Shown here: positions 1-9,989 of the stretch, one piece after another
Layout: each line of letters opens with the position of its first letter
Position numbering within the stretch: the first letter of the stretch is position 1
Virus record (IMG/VR): IMGVR_UViG_3300028833_003520
Strand: one strand, 5' to 3'
DNA length: 64,000 bases
Source: a virus
Taxonomy: Duplodnaviria > Caudoviricetes
Notes under the pieces: model-generated
What the model was told of the DNA's origin: nothing
Seen by the model: the letters and a program-made list of their open reading frames with translations, nothing else
Databases searched by the model: none
Made by a program: the position numbers and the translations under genes

Positions 1-98
1 CTTCGAGAAAAAATCCGAAGATATTAAAATACCAAAGATTAGTGGCGACAAGATGCTTGAGCAGATTAAAGCCCGACAGGAGAAAGAAGGTAAATCAG

Positions 99-407
99 AT
101 GATAACTGACGCAATAAATCCTGTAGAGACAGGAGTTTGTATGAATTATGCAGTGCAGGACTTTGCATACGGTGTTACCGTTGCTCAAACCGAAACGGAT
201 AATCATACATCAAGACAGTTTGTAGGAGAGGATAATCACAAAATAACCTGTAAGGTTGGTGAGAAAGTGATTATCACTAATAAGGACGCTACTGGAGAGC
301 ATTTATGCGTTGGCGTGATTACTAACTTTGAAGATGATTTCATAGAAGTTGATGGAGCCATTATCGTAAAGTTTGAAGGTATTAGGTATATAGGTAGAAT
401 AGGATAA
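99..407 (+). CDS. hypothetical protein, small beta-rich (SH3/KOW-like), weakly similar to 2048..2344
   Basis: ORF with AGAAGG RBS before ATG 99; KVGEKVIITNK...GVITNF resembles KVGDKVVYANK...GTITGF of 2048..2344. Confidence 0.55.
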   Translation: MITDAINPVETGVCMNYAVQDFAYGVTVAQTETDNHTSRQFVGEDNHKITCKVGEKVIITNKDATGEHLCVGVITNFEDDFIEVDGAIIVKFEGIRYIGRIG

Positions 408-408
408 T

Positions 409-1320
409 ATGAAGAAAACAACTTGTGGTTTTTGTGGTTCGTGGATGGACGCAACCGATGAAAAGTGTCCTTCTTGCGGTGCTACTAATACGAGTTATGT
501 CAGAACGGCTGAAGATACTCCGAAGACTATCGAGGAGTTAAAGAAGTGGTGTTCTGATAATCATTTAGACCTTGCCAATATGCATATTCATATTGGAGAG
601 GACTATAAAGGACCAAAAGCCTTTGGTATCTATAAGGACGGTTCCAATTTTGTTGTTTATAAAAACAAAGATGCAGGCAGTAGGTCTGTTCGCTATGAAG
701 GACCTGACGAGGAGTATGCAGTAAATGAACTTCTTTTGAAGATTAAGAATATGATTCTTACGGCAAAAGAAGCAACATTAAATCCTGATAGCCCAAATCG
801 AAAATATGTCAAAAGTGAAGCAAAAAAGCCAGAGCCTTTGTCTGAGCCAGAGCCTCAGATATATCGTCAAACTAAAAGGTCCGGCTTTGATTGGAACTTT
901 TTAGTTTCGTTAATTCCTGTTGTTCTTCTGATTGCTTTTGTCATCTTTATGGTTGGCAGTTGTAATAGAACAATAGCCATAGGTCTTGAGAATGGTTATT
1001 ATGAGACACAGCCTTCTTATGGTCAGTTTTTCGTTGGTAATTTTAGTTACGAAAATCCAAGCCATTCATATTCGAATGATGACAGTAATACAAATCATAC
1101 TATCCAGTGGAATAACGATGATGATGATAACGATAGTGGTTGGAATTATAGTTATGATGATGATGATGACGATGATTGGGATTATGGTGGTTATGATTAC
1201 GACGACTACGATTACGACGACTACGATTGGGATGGCGGATGGGACTCCGATGATTGGGATGGCGGCTATGATAGTGGCTACGATTACGACAGTGGTTATG
1301 ACTGGGGAAGTGACTGGTAA
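409..1320 (+). CDS. Zn-ribbon membrane protein with Asp/Tyr/Trp/Gly-rich C-terminal tail
   Basis: CGFC...CPSC at N-terminus; one TM helix (FLVSLIPVVLLIAFVIFMVG); tail DYDDYDYDDYDWDGGWDSDDW. Confidence 0.75.
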   Translation: MKKTTCGFCGSWMDATDEKCPSCGATNTSYVRTAEDTPKTIEELKKWCSDNHLDLANMHIHIGEDYKGPKAFGIYKDGSNFVVYKNKDAGSRSVRYEGPDEEYAVNELLLKIKNMILTAKEATLNPDSPNRKYVKSEAKKPEPLSEPEPQIYRQTKRSGFDWNFLVSLIPVVLLIAFVIFMVGSCNRTIAIGLENGYYETQPSYGQFFVGNFSYENPSHSYSNDDSNTNHTIQWNNDDDDNDSGWNYSYDDDDDDDWDYGGYDYDDYDYDDYDWDGGWDSDDWDGGYDSGYDYDSGYDWGSDW

Positions 1321-1354
1321 GGAAGGCAATGTTATTAAGTTAAGGAATTTAGAG

Positions 1355-1795
1355 ATGATAAATTTGAGATTAGACGAAAACAATATAGATGAACTTCTTG
1401 ATTTTTGCGAAGGAAAATATCCGTTAACAAAGGAAATCGCCTGCAATATCTGTGTAGGAACACACCCTGTTAATCCTTGCACGCAGGTATATGGTGCATT
1501 TTGTAATGAAGATGGCAAAAGTGAACTTGTAGCGATAATGACTGCAACATACAGTATTGTATTTCCGCATAGAGATGGTACTCGAATGGTCCATATTAGC
1601 GGAGCATATACAAAAGATAATTTCAGGCATCAAGGATATGCATCGACTTTGCTAAAGGCTATTGAAAGAGATGCAAGGGATTGTTTTCAGGCAGATTACA
1701 TCTGTTGCGATTCTACAGCAAATAGCCTGTACAAGAAAAATGGCTTTCGAGAAGCACCAACTGATGAAACACGATTGTGGAAACAATTGTCTTAA
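1355..1795 (+). CDS. GNAT family N-acetyltransferase
   Basis: Motif A YTKDNFRHQGYASTLL and motif B LYKKNGF; start taken as ATG 1355 because the longer ORF overlaps the low-complexity tail of the upstream gene. Confidence 0.8.
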   Translation: MINLRLDENNIDELLDFCEGKYPLTKEIACNICVGTHPVNPCTQVYGAFCNEDGKSELVAIMTATYSIVFPHRDGTRMVHISGAYTKDNFRHQGYASTLLKAIERDARDCFQADYICCDSTANSLYKKNGFREAPTDETRLWKQLS

Positions 1796-1827
1796 CTTAA
1801 AACATTGGTAAGAAAGGAGATTTTTTT

Positions 1828-2034
1828 ATGGGTAAACGCTCGGCAAGAAAGAAAGCAAAGAAACGCTACTCTTATTATGCCAATAGGGGTCGGGAAATGC
1901 CCCAAAAGCCTGTAAGGTATCATTATACGGAGCATACAAGTAGCAGTTCTTATACAGGTGGTAGTGATGATTTCAATCGCAGACAACAGCAAATTAACGA
2001 TGCTGCGGCTTGCATACCGTTTATGATGATGTAA
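1828..2034 (+). CDS. small basic hypothetical protein
   Basis: Strong AAAGGAG RBS; 68 aa. Confidence 0.6.
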   Translation: MGKRSARKKAKKRYSYYANRGREMPQKPVRYHYTEHTSSSSYTGGSDDFNRRQQQINDAAACIPFMMM

Positions 2035-2047
2035 AGAGGAGTAAAAT

Positions 2048-2344
2048 ATGACTATTGATGTAAGAGATTGTGTTTATGGCGATATTCGCATTATTAACAT
2101 AAACGATTCAGATGAGAGGATTTTATCGGATAACCATAACAACAATATCCTTATCAAAGTAGGTGATAAAGTTGTTTATGCGAATAAGAGTATGTTTTAT
2201 AAGATTATTCGCACAGGTACAATCACTGGATTTGATAAGGAAGACCCGTCAAGGGTACACATTGGTGGTATATCCGTAAGTGTGCCTGGAGAGGCATATA
2301 TAGGTGTTCTAAATCCGACAGATGTAACGGTAAATCTTGAGTGA
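2048..2344 (+). CDS. hypothetical protein
   Basis: GAGGAG RBS; in operon. Confidence 0.65.
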   Translation: MTIDVRDCVYGDIRIININDSDERILSDNHNNNILIKVGDKVVYANKSMFYKIIRTGTITGFDKEDPSRVHIGGISVSVPGEAYIGVLNPTDVTVNLE

Positions 2345-2345
2345 T

Positions 2346-2888
2346 ATGAAGTTGCCAAAAGAATACAACAAGTCATTAAGACAATGGGCAAGAAATGTTG
2401 AAGAAGGCGATTACATTTTAGGTATCGCAGGCGTTTTGTTATCATCATTTATTGCACTTCCTTTCACCGTTAAAATCGTTTTAACGATAATGAAGGATTG
2501 TTGGATTTCAATATGGATTGGTGGCATCTGGTTAGCACTTGTGGTATTGGCAACGATTTCGGCAGTATTTGCGTCCGTTGCGAAAAACGGTATGAAAAAT
2601 GCCGAGAAGATTGTTGAAGAATATGATTGCGAAATAGCCACAGTACAAGATGTGTTATATAGTGGTTCGTCAACAAATCACTATCAGTTTATCTTTAATC
2701 TTAAAGATAAAAAGGATGCCAAAGTTCTCGCTGATATAGTTGATTGGGACGATATAACAGTACATCAAAAGGTTGGCAAAGAGGAATTTTATGTAGTTCA
2801 TATAGGACGATATTACTATGCGATTAAGAGGTCGGCAGACCCGTCATCGTATAGGTTGTTGGGCTTAGGTGAAGATATATTTTCTTGA
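2346..2888 (+). CDS. 2-TM membrane protein, tandem paralogue 1
   Basis: Starts MKLPKEYNKSLR; two hydrophobic helices; EYDC; beta-rich C-terminus. Confidence 0.7.
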   Translation: MKLPKEYNKSLRQWARNVEEGDYILGIAGVLLSSFIALPFTVKIVLTIMKDCWISIWIGGIWLALVVLATISAVFASVAKNGMKNAEKIVEEYDCEIATVQDVLYSGSSTNHYQFIFNLKDKKDAKVLADIVDWDDITVHQKVGKEEFYVVHIGRYYYAIKRSADPSSYRLLGLGEDIFS

Positions 2889-2901
2889 GAGGAGAAGTCT
2901 T

Positions 2902-3423
2902 ATGAATTTACCGTCAGAATACAACGAAAGATTGCGTTATGTAATCAAGAATGAAGCAGGAACTTATGCAGTAATCGTAGGAGTAGCGATGCTTTTGGTA
3001 AGTTATCCTTTTGCTAAACTTGTAGAAGACCTTTTCACAGAGTCGTTTACATCAGTACCAGAGTATGTGATTGTAGCAATTTCCATACTTTTCGTAGGAG
3101 CCGTAGTTGCTCTCTTCATAACGCAGTTGGTATCGCTTTCTTTCTTAAAGAAAGAGGAATATGATTGTCAATTGTGTACTATTAAGAATAAATTCTACAT
3201 TAAGAGCAATCCTGAAGGTGAGAAAGTGTCTTCTTATATATTGGTATTTGAAGAACCAAAAGTTCCAAACGCATTGGTTTCAAAAGAAGTATGGAAGTCA
3301 TCTTTTCAAGGAGACAAATGTTATGTAATCCGTTGTGGTATGTGGACATTTGCTTTCGAGACAGTAGAACGGTCTTCTGATGTGCGTAGATATATTGAGA
3401 ACGGTAAAGAGGTATGGGACTAA
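2902..3423 (+). CDS. 2-TM membrane protein, tandem paralogue 2
   Basis: Starts MNLPSEYNERLR; two TM; EYDC; GAGGAG RBS. Confidence 0.7.
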   Translation: MNLPSEYNERLRYVIKNEAGTYAVIVGVAMLLVSYPFAKLVEDLFTESFTSVPEYVIVAISILFVGAVVALFITQLVSLSFLKKEEYDCQLCTIKNKFYIKSNPEGEKVSSYILVFEEPKVPNALVSKEVWKSSFQGDKCYVIRCGMWTFAFETVERSSDVRRYIENGKEVWD

Positions 3424-3435
3424 AGGAGTGATAAA

Positions 3436-3930
3436 GTGATATTACCGAAAGAATATAACGCTCATCTTAAGCGTTGTGTTAAGCATAAAGATACAGCATT
3501 ATTACTGGTTGGTTCTTTAGGGATAATAGTGGCTACAGGCTTGCTTGTGGTCACTATACCAGTTATGCGTGATAAAAATAGCGATGGTATCTTGAAGTTA
3601 TCTGATATTGGTGCGATAGCGATATTTGCGTGTATGTTGCTCATAACGGTTACAATGGTGATTGTGGCAATAATGTCGCTTATTGCGATTCGAAAAAGTA
3701 AAACGGAATATAAATGTCAATGCTTTGCGTTAAAAAGCAAGGAACTACTCCGTAGTGCTGATGATGGAAATATAAGCGGATATATTCTTTACTTTGAGAA
3801 CAATAAAGGTAAAGAAATAAAGGCTGAACCCTATTCAGGTAGTGTTTGGTATTGGGCGAAGCCTAATGACAAGTTTTACATAGTTACAATAGGGTTCATT
3901 AACTATGCATTCGAGGTGAAAGATATATGA
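3436..3930 (+). CDS. 2-TM membrane protein, tandem paralogue 3
   Basis: GTG start after AAGGAG; MILPKEYNAHLK; two TM; EYKC. Confidence 0.7.
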   Translation: MILPKEYNAHLKRCVKHKDTALLLVGSLGIIVATGLLVVTIPVMRDKNSDGILKLSDIGAIAIFACMLLITVTMVIVAIMSLIAIRKSKTEYKCQCFALKSKELLRSADDGNISGYILYFENNKGKEIKAEPYSGSVWYWAKPNDKFYIVTIGFINYAFEVKDI

Positions 3931-4064
3931 ATACAACTGAAGGCATCATTTTCTTGATAATTCTTGTCGTGATATTAGGAATAATAGTGACAAGCATAAT
4001 TCGTGCCATATTTGAACCATCTTCAACCGAGGACTCTCGGTGCAGAGGTGGACACGATTTTTGA
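3927..4064 (+). CDS. small single-TM protein (45 aa, not in ORF track)
   Basis: GAGGTG RBS; ATGA overlap with upstream stop; MNTTEGIIFLIILVVILGIIVTSII. Confidence 0.5.
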   Translation: MNTTEGIIFLIILVVILGIIVTSIIRAIFEPSSTEDSRCRGGHDF

Positions 4065-4065
4065 G

Positions 4066-4106
4066 AAAAAAAAGAGGGGCATTCCTGTTAAGGAATACCC
4101 CTTTTC
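4066..4106. terminator. bidirectional intrinsic terminator
   Basis: A-tract, GGGGCATTCC...GGAATACCCC stem, T-tract; between convergent genes. Confidence 0.75.
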
Positions 4107-4129
4107 ATTAGCAATCAATGATGAATTGT

Positions 4130-4507
4130 TTAGACTACTTTCTTGATGGGAGCAGGGCGTACCTGTGCGTTAGACACAGTGCCGTGCTTTTCCATCTGCT
4201 TGAGTGCTCTACGATGCTCGTAACGACGCTGTGCGATTGCTTTCGCAACCTGTTCCTCATTCTTCATTGTTGCACCTGCTATACCGCCTGAAATGGCGAA
4301 TATAGCACAAGATACCCATACTCCTGTCCAAGTAGCAGATTCTTCTGCCTTGGTCATAGGAGTGTGCGTCTCATCAGCATAGTCGAAGTGTCCGACATAG
4401 CCTATCATAGCGAAAAAGGCGAGTGTAGCGATGAGTGCTGCAGGTATCATAACGATTCTTAACTTTGTTCTTTCCTTACGTAATCTTGCAAGACTTACAC
4501 GTTTCAT
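4130..4507 (-). CDS. 2-TM membrane protein
   Basis: GAAGGAG RBS before ATG 4507; two hydrophobic segments. Confidence 0.65.
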   Translation of the reverse strand: MKRVSLARLRKERTKLRIVMIPAALIATLAFFAMIGYVGHFDYADETHTPMTKAEESATWTGVWVSCAIFAISGGIAGATMKNEEQVAKAIAQRRYEHRRALKQMEKHGTVSNAQVRPAPIKKVV

Positions 4508-4650
4508 AGCGAGTTTCTCCTTCAAAGATAAGAATGAAGTTCAATAAGAACTAAGCCTTTTATGAAAATACGTGCAGTATTTGAATTGATTAAAGGGAGT
4601 AGTTAGATTAGAAATCCCAAACAAAAAGAACGGCTAATCAAAGCCGTTCC

Positions 4651-6387
4651 TTATATTCTGATAAGACCATTTATTGTCTGTCTCTGAAGGGGTACACAGA
4701 CCTTATCTTGGTCAGGTCCGTGATAACCTGGATTCATCCAATCCTTCAGGTCATAAACGAGGATTAAAGGCTCAGGTTTGAGCATTTTATCACCTGTCCT
4801 TATAGCCTTTGTCCTGCCAGGACAAATCCAACCGCAATCGGTTGTCTCAATTACTGCAAGAAGGTCAGTGATAAATGTGTTTTTACCTTGAAGCGAGCCG
4901 TTAGGCGAGTTCTTCTTAAACCACGCCTTATATCCATCGTAAAGGAATGCAAACGGCAGGACATCCCATACACAGCAAGGTAAGAATTCGTCAACGAATT
5001 GCTTGATAGGGTCGTTGAACATTTTGTAATCGTCCAATGCCGTGACGCATACATCAGGTTCAGAAAGTTCGTAATAGTTCATATTGAGAACTTTCCACAA
5101 AACATATTCGAGAACTTCTGTTCTACCAAGATAGTCATCTTTGATGTATCTTCTTTCGTGACCTGTGAAACACTTGTCAAAGGGCACGAATAATTGTCTT
5201 CTGTAGAATGAGTCGGATTTATCTTTAATTCGAGGCATCTCGTTGATACACTGAACCATAAATCCGTAGAACTGATAGGCGATAGGTGTCTTAAATTTTC
5301 TGTTCAACTGAATGACATCATTCGTGATGATGGCTTTCAGATTGGCAGCCTTGTCGATAAATTCACCGACGTTATTCTCGTCAACGATAATAGCGGTAGC
5401 CTGAAGCAGAGGTTCGAGCATAAAGTCTTTGCTGAAATCCGACAGAGGAATTGAAGCATAACTTTCTTTTCCACAAAGTTGTCTCATCAATTCGCAGAGC
5501 GTACCCTTACCGTTGTTACCTTTGTTGGAATAGAACCAAGCACTCTTGTTCCAACTAACGTGCGGTCTGATAATAGCACCTAAGATTTCCCAAAGGAGAT
5601 TTACGACCTGAGGGTTATCAGACAGTTCGTTCATCCAAGACTCGACATCCCAATCCGTATTATCAATAGGATTGTGGATAACAATGTTCGTGGCGTTAGG
5701 ATTGTAGTTGACACGAGATTTAGCGATGAAAACATACTTTGGGTCAAAATCATAGAGTTGTTTATCGGCATAATTAAAGATGCCGTTATTGACCGCAATC
5801 AAGTCTCTATCGGTGCATCTGACTTTTCTCTCTGCAAGGTCTTTCATTGCCATCTTAACTTCACTTATACCTTTAGAAGTGATGTTGTACTTAAATTGCC
5901 GAATGAGTTCGTTGAAGACATTATCTTTAGTTACATAGATACCCTTGTCGTGACCTTTATCTTGATAGATAGCAAGAAGGTCATACTCAACATCAGCGTT
6001 GGCTCCTGCACAAGCGATACGACAAATAGGGTACATAAACAGCAAAATATCCGCTATCTGCGATTCAGACAGGGAAGAGGGAAGTTGCCATTTTTCGCCT
6101 TTTTCAGCGTTAGCGTTATGTGCCTGGAAACAATCTATTGTAAGACGCAGTAAATCCTGTTGGATTTCTGACGGTGTTTTGCTTTTGTTGAAGAGGTTGC
6201 TCTCAAGATAATGTTTAGTGATGAGTTTCATATAGTCGTCTTTGGAACACAGTTCTGCAGAATTGGATAAATCAGCAAGAACTCTTGTATATTCAAGACC
6301 ATATGTAGCATCAGCATCAACGGTAGTGGCAGTATCAGTTTCAGATTCTAAAATTTCATCAGATACGATATTCTCGTCCTTAGGCAT
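4651..6387 (-). CDS. phage/plasmid D5/P4-type primase-associated SF3 helicase
   Basis: D5_N-like DLIAVNNGIFN; Walker A GNNGKGT; Walker B IIVDE; motif C CINEMP; FYRR arginine finger. Confidence 0.88.
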   Translation of the reverse strand: MPKDENIVSDEILESETDTATTVDADATYGLEYTRVLADLSNSAELCSKDDYMKLITKHYLESNLFNKSKTPSEIQQDLLRLTIDCFQAHNANAEKGEKWQLPSSLSESQIADILLFMYPICRIACAGANADVEYDLLAIYQDKGHDKGIYVTKDNVFNELIRQFKYNITSKGISEVKMAMKDLAERKVRCTDRDLIAVNNGIFNYADKQLYDFDPKYVFIAKSRVNYNPNATNIVIHNPIDNTDWDVESWMNELSDNPQVVNLLWEILGAIIRPHVSWNKSAWFYSNKGNNGKGTLCELMRQLCGKESYASIPLSDFSKDFMLEPLLQATAIIVDENNVGEFIDKAANLKAIITNDVIQLNRKFKTPIAYQFYGFMVQCINEMPRIKDKSDSFYRRQLFVPFDKCFTGHERRYIKDDYLGRTEVLEYVLWKVLNMNYYELSEPDVCVTALDDYKMFNDPIKQFVDEFLPCCVWDVLPFAFLYDGYKAWFKKNSPNGSLQGKNTFITDLLAVIETTDCGWICPGRTKAIRTGDKMLKPEPLILVYDLKDWMNPGYHGPDQDKVCVPLQRQTINGLIRI

Positions 6388-6449
6388 TGTCTATTCTCCT
6401 TTCTCAAGATTTACGCTTTTAAGCAGAGTGCGTAAAACTGCGGTGGTCA

Positions 6450-6647
6450 TCAGGTTTCGACGGAATTATTGTTTATAATCGCATCTACCTGCTCAGAAGA
6501 ATAGATTCTTTGACCGCTTGGGAGAATGTGATGAGGCTTGACTTTACCTTCTTTGTCCCAACGCCTAACTGTTTGCGTAGATGCTCCAATCGCATCTGCA
6601 AACTCGCCTACGGTGTACCAGCGTTTCTTAGTTTCGTTCTGGTCCAT
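6450..6647 (-). CDS. MerR-like/excisionase-type HTH DNA-binding protein
   Basis: YTVGEFADAIGASTQTVRRWDKEG...PSGQRIYS; AAAGGAG RBS; directly upstream of the helicase. Confidence 0.8.
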   Translation of the reverse strand: MDQNETKKRWYTVGEFADAIGASTQTVRRWDKEGKVKPHHILPSGQRIYSSEQVDAIINNNSVET

Positions 6648-7410
6648 ACGCTTCTCCTTTCATAGAATTTGGCTCTTATATAGAGCCGAAAAGCACTTGA
6701 AAAGTGTGATGTTTAGTTACTTAAAGGTATATAAAGTATATCAACCTTTATCAAACGTAACCAAACTATATCATACTTACATATATTCGTCAACATAAAA
6801 TCCTTCAATTTTTAATTGATAAATGAGTAAATTTCGCAGATATAAGTTAATAAAAGAACAAAAAAAAAAAGAGCAAGTGCTCGTGTTCATACCGATAGGG
6901 TCCCTGTCCAAAAGATTGCTATCAGAACGGACTCGAATGAGGAAGTCTGATAAGAAAGTGATAAATGGAGTCAGGGTGGTAAGACGTTATCGAGAAATTT
7001 ACCATTAAATCTGTTGTTCAATGATTCTACGATTTTATCGTGTAAAAACTGGAAAATTTATGAAAAGGTTGGAATTTGGAACAAATTGCAAGCCGAAGGG
7101 TACTTTTTATGACATTTTTCAGTTTTAAGAAAAAGACTATGTGTTCTGAAAGAATCCAGAACATAAATGTGACGGATTTCTTTGGCGAAACGTAAGCGAA
7201 GCCTTTTCAAAATAGAAAAGAAAGAAATGTTATTTTCCGTGTTTATGGAGAGTTTTATTTGTTTCAAAGTTTATCTTATGAAACCAAAAGTAAAAGGATT
7301 TTGATAAAAGGAAAGGATTTTTGATTCTATGTTACAATTTGCAGAATTGCTTGATATATGAGCAAATTGGTGGTAAGGTGAGCATACATATATTGAAAGG
7401 AGAACTGAAG

Positions 7411-7860
7411 ATGAAGAAGTTCAAGTTTATCGTAGCCACAGCACTCATTGGAACAATGATGTTTGGTATGTGTGCGTGTGGGGGTGACAAGACCGATTCT
7501 GATAAGTCAGAGAAGGAAACAGAGGTTGAGGTTACTGTCGAAGAGTCCGAAGTATCTGAAGAGACAGAGGAGACGAAGGGTACTGAAGAGACTGAAGTAC
7601 CTGAGGAAACAGAGCACACCAAGATTGATGAGCACGGTATTCCTGATGATACCAAGCCTGATACAAATAAGCCCGATGGTGCACCTGACTCAACTCACCA
7701 CAGTCTTGAGTATGACGAAGACGGTAGAGTTCTTAAGGATGATGAAGATGATGCAACGCATTACGAAGAAGATGGAGCAAAAGATACTGCTACAACAGCA
7801 TCTATTATCTTTCATCTTGTAGATGGCGATTCAAAGCCTATGCCTCCGAGAAAACTTTAA
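7411..7860 (+). CDS. acidic lipoprotein
   Basis: Signal peptide MKKFKFIVATALIGTMMFGMCAC with lipobox Cys, then an E/T-rich linker. Confidence 0.75.
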   Translation: MKKFKFIVATALIGTMMFGMCACGGDKTDSDKSEKETEVEVTVEESEVSEETEETKGTEETEVPEETEHTKIDEHGIPDDTKPDTNKPDGAPDSTHHSLEYDEDGRVLKDDEDDATHYEEDGAKDTATTASIIFHLVDGDSKPMPPRKL

Positions 7861-7888
7861 TCTTGATATGAGGGTGATTAAGGACAAA

Positions 7889-7922
7889 ATAAAAGGTCGT
7901 TACATAATGTAGCGACCTTTTT
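7889..7922. terminator. bidirectional terminator
   Basis: AAAAGGTCGTTACAT-A-ATGTAGCGACCTTTTT between convergent genes. Confidence 0.75.
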
Positions 7923-7928
7923 CAATGA

Positions 7929-8711
7929 TTAAACTTTGATGAATTTCGTTGCATTCTTGTCGAAGTTATAAGCGGAATCTTTGCTCTTATCTTCGATTTT
8001 AGATTGCTGATTTAATATTTCTAACATCTGATGGATGTGACCTGTTTTGAGGTCGGCATCACTAAGTAGTTTGACGAGTTTATTGTTCTTCTTCTTAATT
8101 TCTTTCTGGATGTCTTTGAGCGATTTATCATCAGGTTTCTCGTTAGGTAAAGCAATCTTTATGGTTGCAAGTGAGTTAGTCAAGTCCTGTATCTCTTTAG
8201 CAAGCGAATTAGCCTCTCCAACAATTTTGCCCACTTCTTCAAGTTTATCGCTCATTCGATGTATGGTGGCTTTTCTTTCGGCTTCTTTGCCGAAGTTCCA
8301 AAATACATAAGCAAAGAGACGCTCGAAGAATAAGAAGAAATTCATTTTAGATTCAACCTTATCTTTGCTGAAAGGTATTACATATTCTTTTGCATCTCTG
8401 CCTATTTCTCTCTTTTCAGAGACAATATAGATGGGTACATAAGCAGGAGAGAGACCTTCTTCTTCAGGTTGAAACATTGATGCAAGCATTGTGATTGAAT
8501 GCATAATGTAGTCATATTCGGTATCACTTAACTCGTCAAGTTTTCCACTTTTGGCAGTATCTAAAAACTCTTTCACAGGATTGTCAATTTCGAGTTTTTG
8601 ACCGATAGCCACATACTCTTTGGCATCTTTCAACTCATCTTCTGTGAGTTGAATACTGGGAATGGGATATTTACCTTCGATAGCATTGTCGGAGTCAAAA
8701 CGTATATACAT
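7929..8711 (-). CDS. hypothetical protein with C-terminal coiled coil
   Basis: 260-aa ORF with GAGGT RBS, in operon with the ClpX-like gene. Confidence 0.65.
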   Translation of the reverse strand: MYIRFDSDNAIEGKYPIPSIQLTEDELKDAKEYVAIGQKLEIDNPVKEFLDTAKSGKLDELSDTEYDYIMHSITMLASMFQPEEEGLSPAYVPIYIVSEKREIGRDAKEYVIPFSKDKVESKMNFFLFFERLFAYVFWNFGKEAERKATIHRMSDKLEEVGKIVGEANSLAKEIQDLTNSLATIKIALPNEKPDDKSLKDIQKEIKKKNNKLVKLLSDADLKTGHIHQMLEILNQQSKIEDKSKDSAYNFDKNATKFIKV

Positions 8712-8721
8712 AATCTTTACC

Positions 8722-9762
8722 TCATTTTAGTTTAATCGTTTTGATATTAGGGTTGTCGAATATCTTATTATTCACTTCCCTCATAACAGCCGTAGTAAGT
8801 GACCTGACACCTGTGCCTTCGTCGAAAGCAGCATTAGCGACTTGTTCGATATATGCGTCGGTGGCAGTAATTTTAATGCCGAATTCTGAGCCGATACGGA
8901 TAAGAGGGGAGTAGGTTTGATTACGCATAATATTAGCGAAATCATTTGCATCAAATTCGTCAATGAAGATAATATCTTCGATACGACCTCTGAGTTCAGG
9001 CGGAAGAATTTTGTTAACCTCGTCTAATGTGGGAACTTTAGCATTCTTTCGGTGTGTTATATCACAATTGGAAAATCCAATACCACTTATACTCGATTGT
9101 GCGTATTGGGCAAAAGAACCTGCAAAGATACAAACAACATCAGTACAGTCTATGGTTTCAATAGTACCATTTTTAGTAGGTCGATAAGGAAAACTCATAC
9201 CCTCAATCATTCGATAAAGTTCAGGCAAAGCAGATGCATTATGTGTATCTTGGAAGTTATTAGTAAGATATTTGTCAAACTCGTCTATTACTAATATAGG
9301 AACCATATTAGGATAATCTTGACTCTTATTTTTAAGAATATAGAGGTTGGCTTGAATATTGTTTTCTCCTGTGTAACTGGAGTTGATACAATTTGCACCG
9401 TCAATGATTTGCATACAAGGGTATATCTTCTCAAGAATACGGAGAAGTTCGGTTTTTCCGCAGCCAGATTGACCTACGGTAAGTAAAGCACCTTTAGGAC
9501 GATATCCGTTAAGGATTCGCCATAAAAAGATGCTGATAGTCTTTTTATAAGTTTCGTTACCGTATAATTGAGCATCAAGGACATCATAAATTTGTTTTGG
9601 TGTCCAGGAAGCGGAAATCTGTGGAATGGGTGTAACAGATTTACGTGCCGAAGTTTTCTTCGATGAGGTTCGGTAGAACGAATCGCCGAGAACTTTGTAC
9701 GGCGTTTTATCTTTCAAAATACTGCTCTTATAAAAAGACACCTGAACCGAAGGTTCTGCCAT
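8722..9762 (-). CDS. ClpX/HslU-like AAA+ ATPase (no Zn-binding domain)
   Basis: Walker A GQSGCGKT; Walker B VIDEFDK; IFAGSF; SGIGF (IGF loop); PELRGRI; GTGVRSL sensor 2. Confidence 0.8.
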   Translation of the reverse strand: MAEPSVQVSFYKSSILKDKTPYKVLGDSFYRTSSKKTSARKSVTPIPQISASWTPKQIYDVLDAQLYGNETYKKTISIFLWRILNGYRPKGALLTVGQSGCGKTELLRILEKIYPCMQIIDGANCINSSYTGENNIQANLYILKNKSQDYPNMVPILVIDEFDKYLTNNFQDTHNASALPELYRMIEGMSFPYRPTKNGTIETIDCTDVVCIFAGSFAQYAQSSISGIGFSNCDITHRKNAKVPTLDEVNKILPPELRGRIEDIIFIDEFDANDFANIMRNQTYSPLIRIGSEFGIKITATDAYIEQVANAAFDEGTGVRSLTTAVMREVNNKIFDNPNIKTIKLK

Positions 9763-9989
9763 AATTTATAATTCTCCTTTGTTATGGAAACTGTTCGTTT
9801 ATGAAAGAATTTTACAATATTTTCGGTGATAAATCAAATGTAGAGATATGCAGATTTATAGCACGATATGTAATAATTTATAACGATAATTATTACTTTA
9901 ATTATTACTTTGTCAGAACAAAGAGAAAATAAAATGTGTGGCAAAATTGAGTGAAAGCAATGACAGGTCTGTGTCAAATGTCAGGTGGG

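Noticed and set aside
986-1354. N-terminal half of the 269-aa ORF 986..1795
   Set aside because: Off-frame reading of the GAT/GAC-rich tail of 409..1320; the real GNAT starts near 1355.
6450-6647. IS607 transposase
   Set aside because: Only the MerR-like HTH is present; no serine recombinase domain or tnpB follows.
6823-7267. ORFs 6823..7008 and 7058..7267
   Set aside because: AT-rich intergenic DNA with homopolymer runs and no RBS.
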